This document shows positions 31,030-41,311 of a stretch of DNA of 64,000 nucleotides, piece by piece. Numbering within the stretch: position 1 is the stretch's first letter; every line of letters begins with the position of its first letter. The notes under the pieces were generated by a model. That model was not told where the DNA came from, did no database searches, and was given only the letters and a program-made list of their open reading frames with translations. The translations under genes and the position numbers were made by a program. This DNA comes from a virus: the IMG/VR virus record IMGVR_UViG_3300020450_000017, positions 8,965-72,964 of that record. One strand, 5' to 3'.

Positions 31030-32499
31030 ATGAAAAAAGGTTATATTCCTAAAGAGGAAAGAAAAAAGATACTATTCCTCTGCGATGATATTAGACTCCA
31101 TAGTGGAATAGGAACTATGGGAAAAGAAATAGTCCTTAATACAGCTCACCATTTTAATTGGGTTAATTTAGGTGCAGCAGTAAAACACCCTGAACAAGGA
31201 CAGGCATTTGATTTAAGTCCCGAAGTTAATCAAGTTATAGGGATTGAAGACTCTAATGTAAAAGTGATTCCCTGGAGTGGATATGGAGATGATAATATAA
31301 TTAGACAACTCCTTAATCGGGAAAAACCAGATGCAATACTTCATTTTACTGATCCTAGATATTGGACCTGGCTTTATAGAATGGAAAAAGAAATTAGAAC
31401 TAAAATCCCATTAGTATTTTATACTATTTGGGATGATTTACCTTACCCCATGTATAATAGAGATTTTTATCGTTCTGATGATCTTCTTCTTTGTATTTCA
31501 AAACAAACTAAAAATTTAGTTGAAAATGTTCTTAAAGATTTTCCTAAAAAAGATTGGCAAACCCAATACGTTCCCCATGGTATAAATGAAACTTCATTTT
31601 ATCCTGTTATTAATGATTTAGAATTTGAAGTATTTAAGGATAAATTCTTTGAAGAACAAGAATATGATTTTGTAGCATTTTGGAATAATAGAAATATTAG
31701 ACGTAAAAACCCGGGTGACGTAGTTACTGCTTGGAAAATTTTCACAGATCAATTACCTAAAGAAAAAGCAGAACGTTGTTTACTTATTATGCACACGGAT
31801 CCTGTAGATGGAAATGGTACAGATATACCTGCAGTAATTAAAACTATGTGTGATCCTGAAAGAAATAAGGTTAAGTTTACCTTTGGTAAATGTGATCACA
31901 AAACCCTAAACTATTACTATAATTTAGCAGATGTACAATTTATGATGACAGATAATGAAGGTTGGGGATTATCTCTTACTGAAGGGCTTATGGCGGGTAA
32001 TATGATTATAGCTCCTGTTCAGGGTGGTATGCAAGACCAAATGCGTTTTGAAGATGAAAACGGTGATTGGATTAATTTTACAACTGAATTCCCTACTAAT
32101 AGTAATGGTAAATATAAAAAATGTGGTGAGTGGGCTATACCAATGTGGCCTAAAACCCGTTCATTAAAAGGTTCACCTCCTACTCCTTATATCTATGCCA
32201 CACAAGTAGATATTGAAGATGCTGGTTTAGCCTTATTAGAATGTTATAACTTAGGTAAAGAAGAAATTAACCGTAGAGGACTTAAAGGAAGAGAATGGTT
32301 ACTTTCTGATGAATCTAAAATGACTGCTTCTAATATGGGACAAAATTTTATAGATAATATTGATAATTTATTTAAAAATTGGGAACCTGTAAGTAGGTTT
32401 TCTATAGAAAAAGTGGATAACGGGAATACCACATATAACCCAAATTCGGTACAATATACTCCTGAATTTGAACAAAAATTAAAAAAAGTTTTAGCATGA
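31030..32499 (+). CDS. Glycosyltransferase (GT-B, GT4-like)
   Basis: YVPHGIN, NRNIRRK, NEGWGLSLTEGL. Confidence 0.85.
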   Translation: MKKGYIPKEERKKILFLCDDIRLHSGIGTMGKEIVLNTAHHFNWVNLGAAVKHPEQGQAFDLSPEVNQVIGIEDSNVKVIPWSGYGDDNIIRQLLNREKPDAILHFTDPRYWTWLYRMEKEIRTKIPLVFYTIWDDLPYPMYNRDFYRSDDLLLCISKQTKNLVENVLKDFPKKDWQTQYVPHGINETSFYPVINDLEFEVFKDKFFEEQEYDFVAFWNNRNIRRKNPGDVVTAWKIFTDQLPKEKAERCLLIMHTDPVDGNGTDIPAVIKTMCDPERNKVKFTFGKCDHKTLNYYYNLADVQFMMTDNEGWGLSLTEGLMAGNMIIAPVQGGMQDQMRFEDENGDWINFTTEFPTNSNGKYKKCGEWAIPMWPKTRSLKGSPPTPYIYATQVDIEDAGLALLECYNLGKEEINRRGLKGREWLLSDESKMTASNMGQNFIDNIDNLFKNWEPVSRFSIEKVDNGNTTYNPNSVQYTPEFEQKLKKVLA

Positions 32500-33818
32500 T
32501 ACCAACTACAAAACCAACTTGTATAGTCAGTTGCCCTATAGATACTTTTAGTGGTTATGGGCATAGATCTAGAGATTTTGTTCGTTCTTTAGTTAAGGTT
32601 AAAGGAGAAGAATGGAATATACAAATCTTACCCCAAAAATGGGGCAATACACCTTGGGGGGCACTATCTGATAATGACCCATTAAAACAATTATACCACC
32701 CGGGAGGAGAATCTAAGCGCCCCGAAATTTGGGTGCAAATAACTATCCCTAGTGAATTTCAACCTACTGGACAATTTAATATAGGTGTAACCGCGGGTAT
32801 AGAATCAACGGTACCGCCCCCAGACTGGATAAAAGGAATGAATAGAATGGATTTAAATTTAGTATCTTCAAACTTTACTAAAGATACTTTTAGCCAAGTT
32901 AAATTCACAGAAAATGACCCACAAGGGCAACCAATAGGTGAAGTAAAATTAGAAAAACCTATTGAAGTTTTATTTGAGGGATTAGATACAGGGGTATACT
33001 TTAAAGAAGTAAATAAATCAGGATTATTAGATGATATAGATGAAAATTTTTGTTTCTTATTTACAGGCCATTGGTTACCTGGTAAATTTGGGGAGGATAG
33101 GAAAGACGTAGCTACACTAATTCAAACATTTTTAGAAACTTTTAAGGATAAAAAGAATAAGCCAGCATTACTGTTAAAAACAAATAAAGTAGATTATAGC
33201 TTATTAGATAAAGAAGAAATCCTTAATAATATTAGGCAGATTAGAAATAAGTTTAAAAATAAAGAAAACTTACCTAATATCTATATTTTACATGGTGAGT
33301 TTACAAATGAAGAACTTAATAAAATTAATAACGACCCTAAAATTAAAGCTTTTATATCATTTACAAAAGGTGAAGGTTTTGGTAGGCCACTTTTAGAACA
33401 AGCTATTACTGGTAAACCCGTAATTACTACAAATTGGAGTGGTCATACTGATTTTATCCGCCCAGAATACAATGTATTATTAGGAGGAGAATTAAAACCC
33501 GTCCACGAATCAGCTGCTAATAAATGGTTATTAAAGGAAGCAAATTGGTTTAATGTAGATACTAAAGTAGCCTCAAAAGCTATGAGTGACGTGTTTAAAA
33601 ATTATAGAAAATATATTGAAAATAGCCGCAAACAAACTAAATTCCTTACAAATAACTTTAGTATTGATAAAATGGCTGAGGTATTAAAATCCCATGTGGA
33701 TAAAGTAAAACCTGTAATGAATGTACCATTAGTATTGCCTAAACTAAAGCAAGTAAAAAATACATTACCCGAAACACCAAAGTTAAAATTACCTAAATTA
33801 AGTAAAGTAAATGGATAA
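32496..33818 (+). CDS. Glycosyltransferase (GT-B, GT4-like)
   Basis: SGYG, GEGFGRPLLE, PVITTNWSGHTDF. Confidence 0.85.
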   Translation: MIPTTKPTCIVSCPIDTFSGYGHRSRDFVRSLVKVKGEEWNIQILPQKWGNTPWGALSDNDPLKQLYHPGGESKRPEIWVQITIPSEFQPTGQFNIGVTAGIESTVPPPDWIKGMNRMDLNLVSSNFTKDTFSQVKFTENDPQGQPIGEVKLEKPIEVLFEGLDTGVYFKEVNKSGLLDDIDENFCFLFTGHWLPGKFGEDRKDVATLIQTFLETFKDKKNKPALLLKTNKVDYSLLDKEEILNNIRQIRNKFKNKENLPNIYILHGEFTNEELNKINNDPKIKAFISFTKGEGFGRPLLEQAITGKPVITTNWSGHTDFIRPEYNVLLGGELKPVHESAANKWLLKEANWFNVDTKVASKAMSDVFKNYRKYIENSRKQTKFLTNNFSIDKMAEVLKSHVDKVKPVMNVPLVLPKLKQVKNTLPETPKLKLPKLSKVNG

Positions 33819-34266
33819 CTTAACAGAATGCCCTTGTTGTGGGTCTAATGCTTGTTCTAAAACTACTGCTCATGACGGCAATGAAATTTATTTATGCTGG
33901 ACATGTGGTATGTCTACTACTAGTGAGTTAATTGATGGAAGTGATTTTGAAAAAAATAATTTTTCTCAAACCGCTGAACTTATAAAAGACCTAAAACAAG
34001 TCCATAATAGTTTAGCCTGGTATCCCAAAGTTATTAACTTACCTGAAAATGGAATGGTATTTCCGGAATGGAATAAAAGGATGAAAGATTGGTATTGGGC
34101 ATCTGTGAAAGCAGTTCCCATAACTGAAGAAGAAAAGGATAAATACCCAAATCCTAATAACCCCGGAGAATACTATAATTTTAAAATGGACATCAAAAAC
34201 ATAAAAAGATTTAACAAAGTATGTTTTATGGATGCCGCCGAATATATTGGAATGTTTGAATCATGA
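33811..34266 (+). CDS. Zn-ribbon hypothetical protein
   Basis: CPCCG...CWTCG. Confidence 0.65.
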   Translation: MDNLTECPCCGSNACSKTTAHDGNEIYLCWTCGMSTTSELIDGSDFEKNNFSQTAELIKDLKQVHNSLAWYPKVINLPENGMVFPEWNKRMKDWYWASVKAVPITEEEKDKYPNPNNPGEYYNFKMDIKNIKRFNKVCFMDAAEYIGMFES

Positions 34267-34889
34267 AAAATCCAACAATAAGTTTTGCTATTCCTGTTCA
34301 TAATGAACATGAAGAAATAGATAGGTTATTAAACCAATTAATAAAATACAAAAAGACTGAAGACGAAATTATAGTCCAGTGTGACCAGGGAAATACTACG
34401 AGTAATGTGTATAAGGTATTAGATAAATATAAAGATCAAATACATGTAATTGAATTTCCACTTAATCGTGACTTTGCTACTTTTAAAAATAATTTAAAAA
34501 ATAATTGTAAAGGAGATTGGATATTTCAAATTGATGCCGATGAGATTCCCGATGAATACTTAATTGATACTGTACATTATTTCTTAAAAGAAAACCCCGA
34601 GATAGAAGTATTTTGGGTACCTAGAATTAATACTGTAGATGGAATTACCACAAAACATATGCAAAAATGGGGCTGGCAAAAAGATAACCAGGGCAGAATT
34701 AATTTTCCTGACTATCAATGCCGTATACTACAAAACACCCCTAAAATACAGTGGGTAAGTAAGGTACATGAAGTATTACATGGCCATAGTAGCCAAACTC
34801 AATTACCCGCAAATCCCGAATTTTGTTTAATCCACCCAAAAACTATAGATAGACAGGAACATCAAAATAAACTTTATAGTACTATATAA
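34263..34889 (+). CDS. Glycosyltransferase family 2
   Basis: IPVHNE, WIFQIDADE, FPDYQCR, VHE. Confidence 0.85.
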   Translation: MKNPTISFAIPVHNEHEEIDRLLNQLIKYKKTEDEIIVQCDQGNTTSNVYKVLDKYKDQIHVIEFPLNRDFATFKNNLKNNCKGDWIFQIDADEIPDEYLIDTVHYFLKENPEIEVFWVPRINTVDGITTKHMQKWGWQKDNQGRINFPDYQCRILQNTPKIQWVSKVHEVLHGHSSQTQLPANPEFCLIHPKTIDRQEHQNKLYSTI

Positions 34890-34893
34890 TACA

Positions 34894-34925
34894 TTTGGAT
34901 TTGTAAATGTATTTTTGTATATTCA
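34894..34925 (+). promoter_or_regulatory. Bacteroidota-type promoter
   Basis: TTTG at 34894-97, 20-nt spacer, TATATTCA at 34918-25. Confidence 0.55.
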
Positions 34926-34946
34926 CTAAATAAAATAAAATAATTA

Positions 34947-35921
34947 ATGTTAAATTTTGAAAATATAGGAGATAAGTTTGTTCAAACTGTAAACTCCGCT
35001 GAATGGAATGCACTCCAAGATAAGTTTAATCAGTGCAATGAAATATTTGTATTAGGGCATGGTGGTAACTTAGCTATAGCTGACCATGCCGCAGTAGATA
35101 TTACTCGTCTTTCTAACGGAAAGAAAAATGCTGTAGCACCTGGGTCTGCTATTGTTAATACTTCACTTATTAACGATACAAACTGGGACCAATGGATGGT
35201 TTCATGGCTAGAAGCTAGAACCCGAAACAGAACCAAATCCCAACTTAAAAACACATTAGTATGGGGTATTAGTTCTTCAGGTAAAAGTACAGATATCATT
35301 AAGGCATTACAGTGGGCAGAGCAAAATGGCTTACAAATAGCATGTACTACTTCATATCCTTTAGTTGAAAAGGTTCCTAATTTAACTGAGGTAGTTTTAG
35401 GTGCTGATTACTACCACACAGCAGAGGTATTAACACTCCTTTTAAGTTACCAATTAACCCACGGATCAGGAGCTGAATGTCCCCCTATTGGTAGAAATAC
35501 TCCTGAAGAACTTGAAAAACTTAACTGGAATAAGGGTATTAGAGAACATTCTTACCCTGATGAGCAAGTTAATTTAGGGGTTGACTTTGATAAAGTAATT
35601 CATAAATGCTCTAAAGGGTTCTATGATGGGACTGTATATGATGATCCAGTAGATGGAGTTGAAGAAGCTCTTAAAACCCTATCAGAGAAATATACCCTTA
35701 TTTGTTATACTGCTAAAGCTAAACCAGACCGAGGACTAGTAAATGGTAAAACAGGAACCCAATTAGTTTGGGAATGGCTAAAACACCATAATTTAGATAA
35801 ATATATATCCAAAGTAACAGCTGAAAAGCCAAGAGCAGTAGCTTATATTGATGATAAAGCAATAAGGTTTACTGATTGGAATTCTTGCATAACACAACTT
35901 AAGGATTTTAACATTTTATGA
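34947..35921 (+). CDS. SIS sugar-phosphate isomerase (GmhA-like) fused to a HAD phosphatase
   Basis: LGHGGNLAIADH, ISSSGKS; C-terminal VDFDKVI...YIDDKA. Confidence 0.75.
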   Translation: MLNFENIGDKFVQTVNSAEWNALQDKFNQCNEIFVLGHGGNLAIADHAAVDITRLSNGKKNAVAPGSAIVNTSLINDTNWDQWMVSWLEARTRNRTKSQLKNTLVWGISSSGKSTDIIKALQWAEQNGLQIACTTSYPLVEKVPNLTEVVLGADYYHTAEVLTLLLSYQLTHGSGAECPPIGRNTPEELEKLNWNKGIREHSYPDEQVNLGVDFDKVIHKCSKGFYDGTVYDDPVDGVEEALKTLSEKYTLICYTAKAKPDRGLVNGKTGTQLVWEWLKHHNLDKYISKVTAEKPRAVAYIDDKAIRFTDWNSCITQLKDFNIL

Positions 35922-36898
35922 GTACAATTCAAATATTAATCCATGCTCTTCCTAGAGAAATAGATGGCTTAGAAAGAGTTTGTGATCAATTACATAGGAG
36001 TTCATTTTTTTTAGAAAACTCCGATAAAGTAAATCTAGATATAACTTTAAACCTATCGGATGAATTTACTGACTGGGAAAATAGTTCTTTACCTAAAGAA
36101 TTCTTTATTGATAAATTTAAAGCTATTGAAATAAGATCTGATTGGACTAATAAAAATTATTTTGAAATCAGTCATGGTGATATCTGTTCTGGGTGTAATG
36201 ATAAAAGAAGAAACAGTATAAGACAATATTCAGACCAAGTATCTCATTTTCTTTATGCTGATCCTGATATTGCTTTTCCTATATGGGGGCTATATTATAT
36301 GTTTAGGGCTATAGAATCCATTAACACAAATTACCATATTATTTCGGGAGAAGTTCTTAAATTATGGGATAATAGCTGGGATTCTATAGTTAATGAAAGA
36401 TTCATAAATATACCCATAGATCTTGAAGATTTCCCAAATCGAAAAGTAAGATTTTATAAAGAATTTGACCCTTATAGATTAGACTCAGAATTTTTTACTA
36501 ATATAGATTCTACAGATATTAAAACAGTTCCTAATTTTAAATTTGCAGGCGGTTTATTTACCTGTTTTTCTTCCAATCTATTAAAATTTATAGATATCCC
36601 GGATGAATTAGGATCATATGGATTAGATGATACTTATGTACTACAGTGTTCTCAATTAATGAAACAAATGGGTTATGATATTCAACAATATGCTGTTAAA
36701 AATTTAGTAGTGTGTGAAAGTAGAAGATATAAGCATTTCCCTGCGGGCTTTCAAGATAAAAACGTAGAACCTAACCCTTATATTAAATTTTTAGCCCAAA
36801 AAGTTAATGAAAATGACCGGGATAATTTAGCCGAAAACGCTAAAAAAGCATATCCCCATCTTATAAATAAATTTATACAACGAGCCAATAAAAAATAA
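35918..36898 (+). CDS. Putative glycosyltransferase (GT-A-like)
   Basis: FLYADPDIAF (DxD), YGLDDTY. Confidence 0.6.
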   Translation: MSTIQILIHALPREIDGLERVCDQLHRSSFFLENSDKVNLDITLNLSDEFTDWENSSLPKEFFIDKFKAIEIRSDWTNKNYFEISHGDICSGCNDKRRNSIRQYSDQVSHFLYADPDIAFPIWGLYYMFRAIESINTNYHIISGEVLKLWDNSWDSIVNERFINIPIDLEDFPNRKVRFYKEFDPYRLDSEFFTNIDSTDIKTVPNFKFAGGLFTCFSSNLLKFIDIPDELGSYGLDDTYVLQCSQLMKQMGYDIQQYAVKNLVVCESRRYKHFPAGFQDKNVEPNPYIKFLAQKVNENDRDNLAENAKKAYPHLINKFIQRANKK

Positions 36899-36901
36899 AA
36901 A

Positions 36902-37675
36902 ATGATTAAATATTTAAATTTTGTTTTACCCGAACCTGACAGAAATGGGGCTGATAAGCCTGATTATAAAATTAATTTAACATGGGAAATGTTTCAGTCT
37001 TTTAGAGATGAGGCGAGAATATCTAAAAAATTTAATGATTTTCTTAAGGGAAAAAGTGTTGTATTAGTAGGTCCTTCCCCCTATTTAGAAGGAAAAAAAA
37101 GAGGTGAATTTATAGATTCACATGATGTAGTAATTAGAATGAATAAAGGGTGGAAAATTGAACCTAATATGGTAGAAGATTATGGTTCTAAAACCGATAT
37201 TAGATGGCATTGTATGATGGATCATCACCACCACGGAGGGGACTTTGATGTAGAAGGTATGGTAGATTATGGGGTAGAATGGTTAGCATCTCAATTCCCT
37301 AGAAATCTAGATTATTTCCATAATGATAATATTAAGTTCGAAACAATAAATGAAGGAAGAGTTAAATTCCATTGTTTTGCTGATTTAATATATTTTCTTA
37401 ATATACACATGGCTCTTGAAACCCGCCCTAATGTAGGACCTACAGCAGTAGCTGAATTAATTAATTATGATATTGATAGCCTTCATTTAATGGGTGTTTC
37501 GTTTTTTAGAGATGGGTGGCATAAGGGTTATAAGGAAGGATATGCCTTAGAACGAGCAACTGCTGCGGGGCATGCCCAAGAACCTCAAATGTATATGCTT
37601 AAATTAATTTTAGAAAACGAATCTAGATTTACTATGGATGAAGAAATAAAAAATATTATATATAATACTTTATGA
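36902..37675 (+). CDS. GT29 sialyltransferase-like protein
   Basis: Sialylmotif L-like VVLVGPSPYLEGKKRGEFIDSHDVVIRMN; S-like RPNVG...LHLMGVSFF; VS-like HAQEPQ. Confidence 0.75.
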   Translation: MIKYLNFVLPEPDRNGADKPDYKINLTWEMFQSFRDEARISKKFNDFLKGKSVVLVGPSPYLEGKKRGEFIDSHDVVIRMNKGWKIEPNMVEDYGSKTDIRWHCMMDHHHHGGDFDVEGMVDYGVEWLASQFPRNLDYFHNDNIKFETINEGRVKFHCFADLIYFLNIHMALETRPNVGPTAVAELINYDIDSLHLMGVSFFRDGWHKGYKEGYALERATAAGHAQEPQMYMLKLILENESRFTMDEEIKNIIYNTL

Positions 37676-38304
37676 GTAAAAATATAGTTTTTATCCCTAT
37701 AAAACAAATCTCAGAAAGAGTTCCAAATAAGAATTTTAGATCTTTTCAAGGAAAAACATTATGGGAACATACTATAGATAAACTTAAATCTTTTAAAGTT
37801 TATATAGATACTGATTCTTCTTCTATTATAGAAAAATGCAAATCTAAACCATGGGTAACTACTTATAAAAGAAATTCTAATTTATTAGGTAATAGGGTTT
37901 CTGTAGTTGATATCCTAGATAATTTTATAACTAAGTATAATATTACAACTCCTATATGTCAAATACATGTAACCTCTCCTCTTTTGCAAGTAGAGCATAT
38001 TAATCATTCTTTTAGTTTAATAAATAAAGATTTTGATAGTGTATTCGGTGTTACTAAAACACAAAAACGTTTTTGGGGAGAAAATGGTTTACCTTTAAAT
38101 CATAACCCTAAAAAGTTACTTCCCACTCAGGATTTACAAGTGTGGTATGAAGAAAATTCATACTTATATACTTTTAAACCTAAAGTTATAACGGAGTGTG
38201 GAAATAGAATAGGGGGACATTTCCATATGATGGAAATAGGTTTTCCTTATAATTTAGATATAGACACAGAAGATGATTGGAATCTTATAAATAAGTTAAT
38301 ATAA
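37672..38304 (+). CDS. CMP-Neu5Ac/Kdo-type cytidylyltransferase
   Basis: IPIKQISERVPNKNFR, HVTSPL, YEENS, LDIDTEDDW. Confidence 0.85.
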   Translation: MSKNIVFIPIKQISERVPNKNFRSFQGKTLWEHTIDKLKSFKVYIDTDSSSIIEKCKSKPWVTTYKRNSNLLGNRVSVVDILDNFITKYNITTPICQIHVTSPLLQVEHINHSFSLINKDFDSVFGVTKTQKRFWGENGLPLNHNPKKLLPTQDLQVWYEENSYLYTFKPKVITECGNRIGGHFHMMEIGFPYNLDIDTEDDWNLINKLI

Positions 38305-39716
38305 TGAAACCTATATTAATTAGTATTTCAGGTAAATCAGGTGTAGGAAAAACTACTATATCTAATATATTAGCTCAATGTATTAGAAAGTCAAATTGTA
38401 CTATATTAAGCACAGATGATCTCCATAAATATGAACGTAATAATCCTGCATGGGATAGTGTAACTCACTTTAACCCTAAAGCTAATAATATAGAATTAGG
38501 GGATTTTCATATTTCTCAATTACTTAAAAGTAAACCCATTTATAGATCACATTATAACCATGATACAGGAGCTTTTGATCCCCCGGTTTGTATTTCACCT
38601 AAACCTTTTATTATTAATGAGGGATTACATGCTTTCTATAGTGATAAAATGGAACAACTTTCTGATTTTAAAATCTATGTCGATACGGATGAAGAGTTAA
38701 CTAAATTATGGAAAATAAAAAGAGATACAAAACATAGAGGAAAATCTAAAGCAGAAGTATTAAAAACTATTAATTCTAGAAAAAAAGACGAACATTATAT
38801 AGAATCTCAAAAATCTAAAGCAGATTTAATTTTAAAATTTTATTTAAAAGATAATGTAGTTAATTTATCTGTATCTAAACCTATTAAATCTTTAGTATTT
38901 AAAAAAATTATAGATAACTTAATTGAATATTTTAATAATATAAAAGTATTAGTATCTTTATCTAAAAAATATGGATGTAATCCTTCCTATATTCAGGGTC
39001 CCGCAGGTAATATTAGTGTAAAATATTTAAATAACATGTTTATAAAATCAAGTGGAACTAAATTAGAAAACGTTGATTATTTTAAAGGATGGAGTAATAT
39101 AGATACTAATTATGTTAATGAATATTTTTCATTTACTAAAACTTTAGATGACACTAAATATTTTAACATATTAAATGAATCTGTACAAAACAATACAGTT
39201 CCCTCAATGGAAAGTGGAATGCACAGTGTTTTAAAAAAATATGTTATTCACACACACCCTAATGAGTTACTAGAAATATTAAGTAATAAAGATTGTGAAA
39301 ATATACTTTTAAATCTTTATCCTGATTTAAACTATTGTTTTGTTCCTTTATTAATGCCCGGATTAGATTTATTTGAGTTTATATCTAAACAAAGTAAAAT
39401 ATATGATGTATATTTTTTACAAAATCATGGATTAATAGTAAATTCTGATAATATAGATGAGTTAGAAAACTTACATAGTTTAGTACATACTAGAATTAAA
39501 CAAGGTTATATTCCCCCAAAAGAAAAAACCTATAAAAAATTTGGGTATTTAACACCTGATGAGTACATTTTTCGTGAATGTAAAGAATCATGGTATATTA
39601 ACATGAAAAATTATTATGATTTTATAAGAGATAATTACGATTGTAATTTTATAAATAAAGATTTTTTATATAAACTAGATAATCTAGAATTTGAAAAACA
39701 CCGAAAATCACTATGA
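38304..39716 (+). CDS. Phosphoribulokinase/uridine-kinase-like domain fused to class II aldolase/epimerase
   Basis: SGKSGVGKTT, DDLHKYER, EGLH; GNISVK, PSMESGMH, HTHP, LQNHGL. Confidence 0.8.
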   Translation: MKPILISISGKSGVGKTTISNILAQCIRKSNCTILSTDDLHKYERNNPAWDSVTHFNPKANNIELGDFHISQLLKSKPIYRSHYNHDTGAFDPPVCISPKPFIINEGLHAFYSDKMEQLSDFKIYVDTDEELTKLWKIKRDTKHRGKSKAEVLKTINSRKKDEHYIESQKSKADLILKFYLKDNVVNLSVSKPIKSLVFKKIIDNLIEYFNNIKVLVSLSKKYGCNPSYIQGPAGNISVKYLNNMFIKSSGTKLENVDYFKGWSNIDTNYVNEYFSFTKTLDDTKYFNILNESVQNNTVPSMESGMHSVLKKYVIHTHPNELLEILSNKDCENILLNLYPDLNYCFVPLLMPGLDLFEFISKQSKIYDVYFLQNHGLIVNSDNIDELENLHSLVHTRIKQGYIPPKEKTYKKFGYLTPDEYIFRECKESWYINMKNYYDFIRDNYDCNFINKDFLYKLDNLEFEKHRKSL

Positions 39717-40540
39717 AAGTTATAATTCCTATGGCTGGTTTAGGCCAACGTTTTGTTAATAAAGGGTATAAAAATCCTAAACCTTTTATTTGGGTAGATG
39801 ATAATTGTATTATAAATAAGGTAGTCAATATGTTTGATAAAAACGATGAACTTATTTTTATATGCAATGAACGCCATCTAAAAGAAACAGATATGCATGA
39901 TAGGTTAAATAAAATACATAAAAATTCCCATGTTGTATCTGTGCCTGAACATAATAGGGGTCCCGTATTTACTGTACTTCCTTATTTAGATATGATTGAT
40001 GATGATGAACCCGTCATAATATGTTACTGTGATAATCCTTATTTATGGGATTATGAAAAATTTAAAAAATGGGCTAAAACCACTAAAACAGATGGGTGTG
40101 TTTTAACTCATACTGGATTCCATCCCCATAGATTAGCTTCTACTTATATGGCTTATTGTAAAATGAAAGGTAATCAAATGGTTGAAATAAAAGAAAAAGA
40201 ACCATATACTAATAATCATTGGGATGAACACGCTTCTACTGGAACTTATTATTTTAGAAAAGGTTCTTATATTAAAAAATATTTTCAAGAAACCATTGAT
40301 AGAAAAATTAAACACACTAATGGTGAATATTATGTAACTTTAGTATATAATTTACTTATTCAAGATGGTTTAGATGTTAGAATATATGATACAGATTTTG
40401 TTACTGTATTTGGCACTCCTAGTGAGCTAGAAAACTATAAAGCCTGGTATACCATTATAAAAGGTGAGCAAGTAAAAAATAAAACAGATTTAATTAATTG
40501 TTATGAATACTGGAACAAGTACTTTTCACATAGCGAGTAA
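39713..40540 (+). CDS. Sugar-phosphate nucleotidyltransferase
   Basis: IPMAGLGQRF...PKP, EIKEK, NGEYYV, FGTPSEL. Confidence 0.85.
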   Translation: MKVIIPMAGLGQRFVNKGYKNPKPFIWVDDNCIINKVVNMFDKNDELIFICNERHLKETDMHDRLNKIHKNSHVVSVPEHNRGPVFTVLPYLDMIDDDEPVIICYCDNPYLWDYEKFKKWAKTTKTDGCVLTHTGFHPHRLASTYMAYCKMKGNQMVEIKEKEPYTNNHWDEHASTGTYYFRKGSYIKKYFQETIDRKIKHTNGEYYVTLVYNLLIQDGLDVRIYDTDFVTVFGTPSELENYKAWYTIIKGEQVKNKTDLINCYEYWNKYFSHSE

Positions 40541-40862
40541 AAACTCAACTAACCAAAAAACAGCACTAGTAGATATTGATGAAACTATATGCTTTTATTC
40601 TGGAGAAAGAAGATATGATTTATCCGAACCTAATTTTAAAAATATAGCTAAAATAAATAAACTATATGATGAAGGGTGGAAAATAATATATTGGACTGCC
40701 CGGGGGTCTATGACAGGTAAAGATTATACCGAACATACTAAGACCCAATTAAGTGAATGGGGTTGTAAATACCATGAATTAACTATGGGAGTAGGTAATA
40801 ACCCTAAACCCTATTTTGATTTAGTAATAGATGATAGAGCAAAACGAATTGAAGAATTATGA
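40503..40862 (+). CDS. HAD-family phosphatase (capsule-biosynthesis type)
   Basis: VDIDETIC, WTARG, KP..DLVIDDRA. Confidence 0.8.
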   Translation: MNTGTSTFHIASKNSTNQKTALVDIDETICFYSGERRYDLSEPNFKNIAKINKLYDEGWKIIYWTARGSMTGKDYTEHTKTQLSEWGCKYHELTMGVGNNPKPYFDLVIDDRAKRIEEL

Positions 40863-41311
40863 AACTAATTTCACATAGGGGTAATATTAATGGTATAAAT
40901 CCACTTTACGAAAACACTCCTGAATATATAGATAAAGCTATTAGTTTAGGCTATGACGTAGAAATAGATGTATGGTTTACTGATAAATTATATTTAGGTC
41001 ATGATTTTCCTGAGTATAATATTAATGAATTATGGTTAAAAGATAGATCTGAAAATTTATGGGTTCACTGTAAAAATTTTAATGCTTTATCAAAATTAAT
41101 AGATACCCCCCTTAAAGTATTTTACCACCAAAAAGAAAACCATACTATAATAGGGAATAGTAACATTATATGGTCTCATCAGATAGATGAAGCTAATAAT
41201 AAATCAATAATTCCTCTTTTAGATAAAAAAACATTACAGAATTGGGCCCCTAAACATGTATTTGGTGTGTGTTCTGATTATATAACCTTATTAGAAAATG
41301 AAAAAAATTAA
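40859..41311 (+). CDS. Minimal GDPD/PLC-like phosphodiesterase
   Basis: ISHRGN, ENT, DVEIDVW, LGHD, WVHCKN, GVCSDY. Confidence 0.75.
   Translation: MKLISHRGNINGINPLYENTPEYIDKAISLGYDVEIDVWFTDKLYLGHDFPEYNINELWLKDRSENLWVHCKNFNALSKLIDTPLKVFYHQKENHTIIGNSNIIWSHQIDEANNKSIIPLLDKKTLQNWAPKHVFGVCSDYITLLENEKN

Noticed and set aside
37220-37235. HHHH run in the GT29-like protein
   Set aside because: Too short to argue for a separate metal-binding function without conservation data
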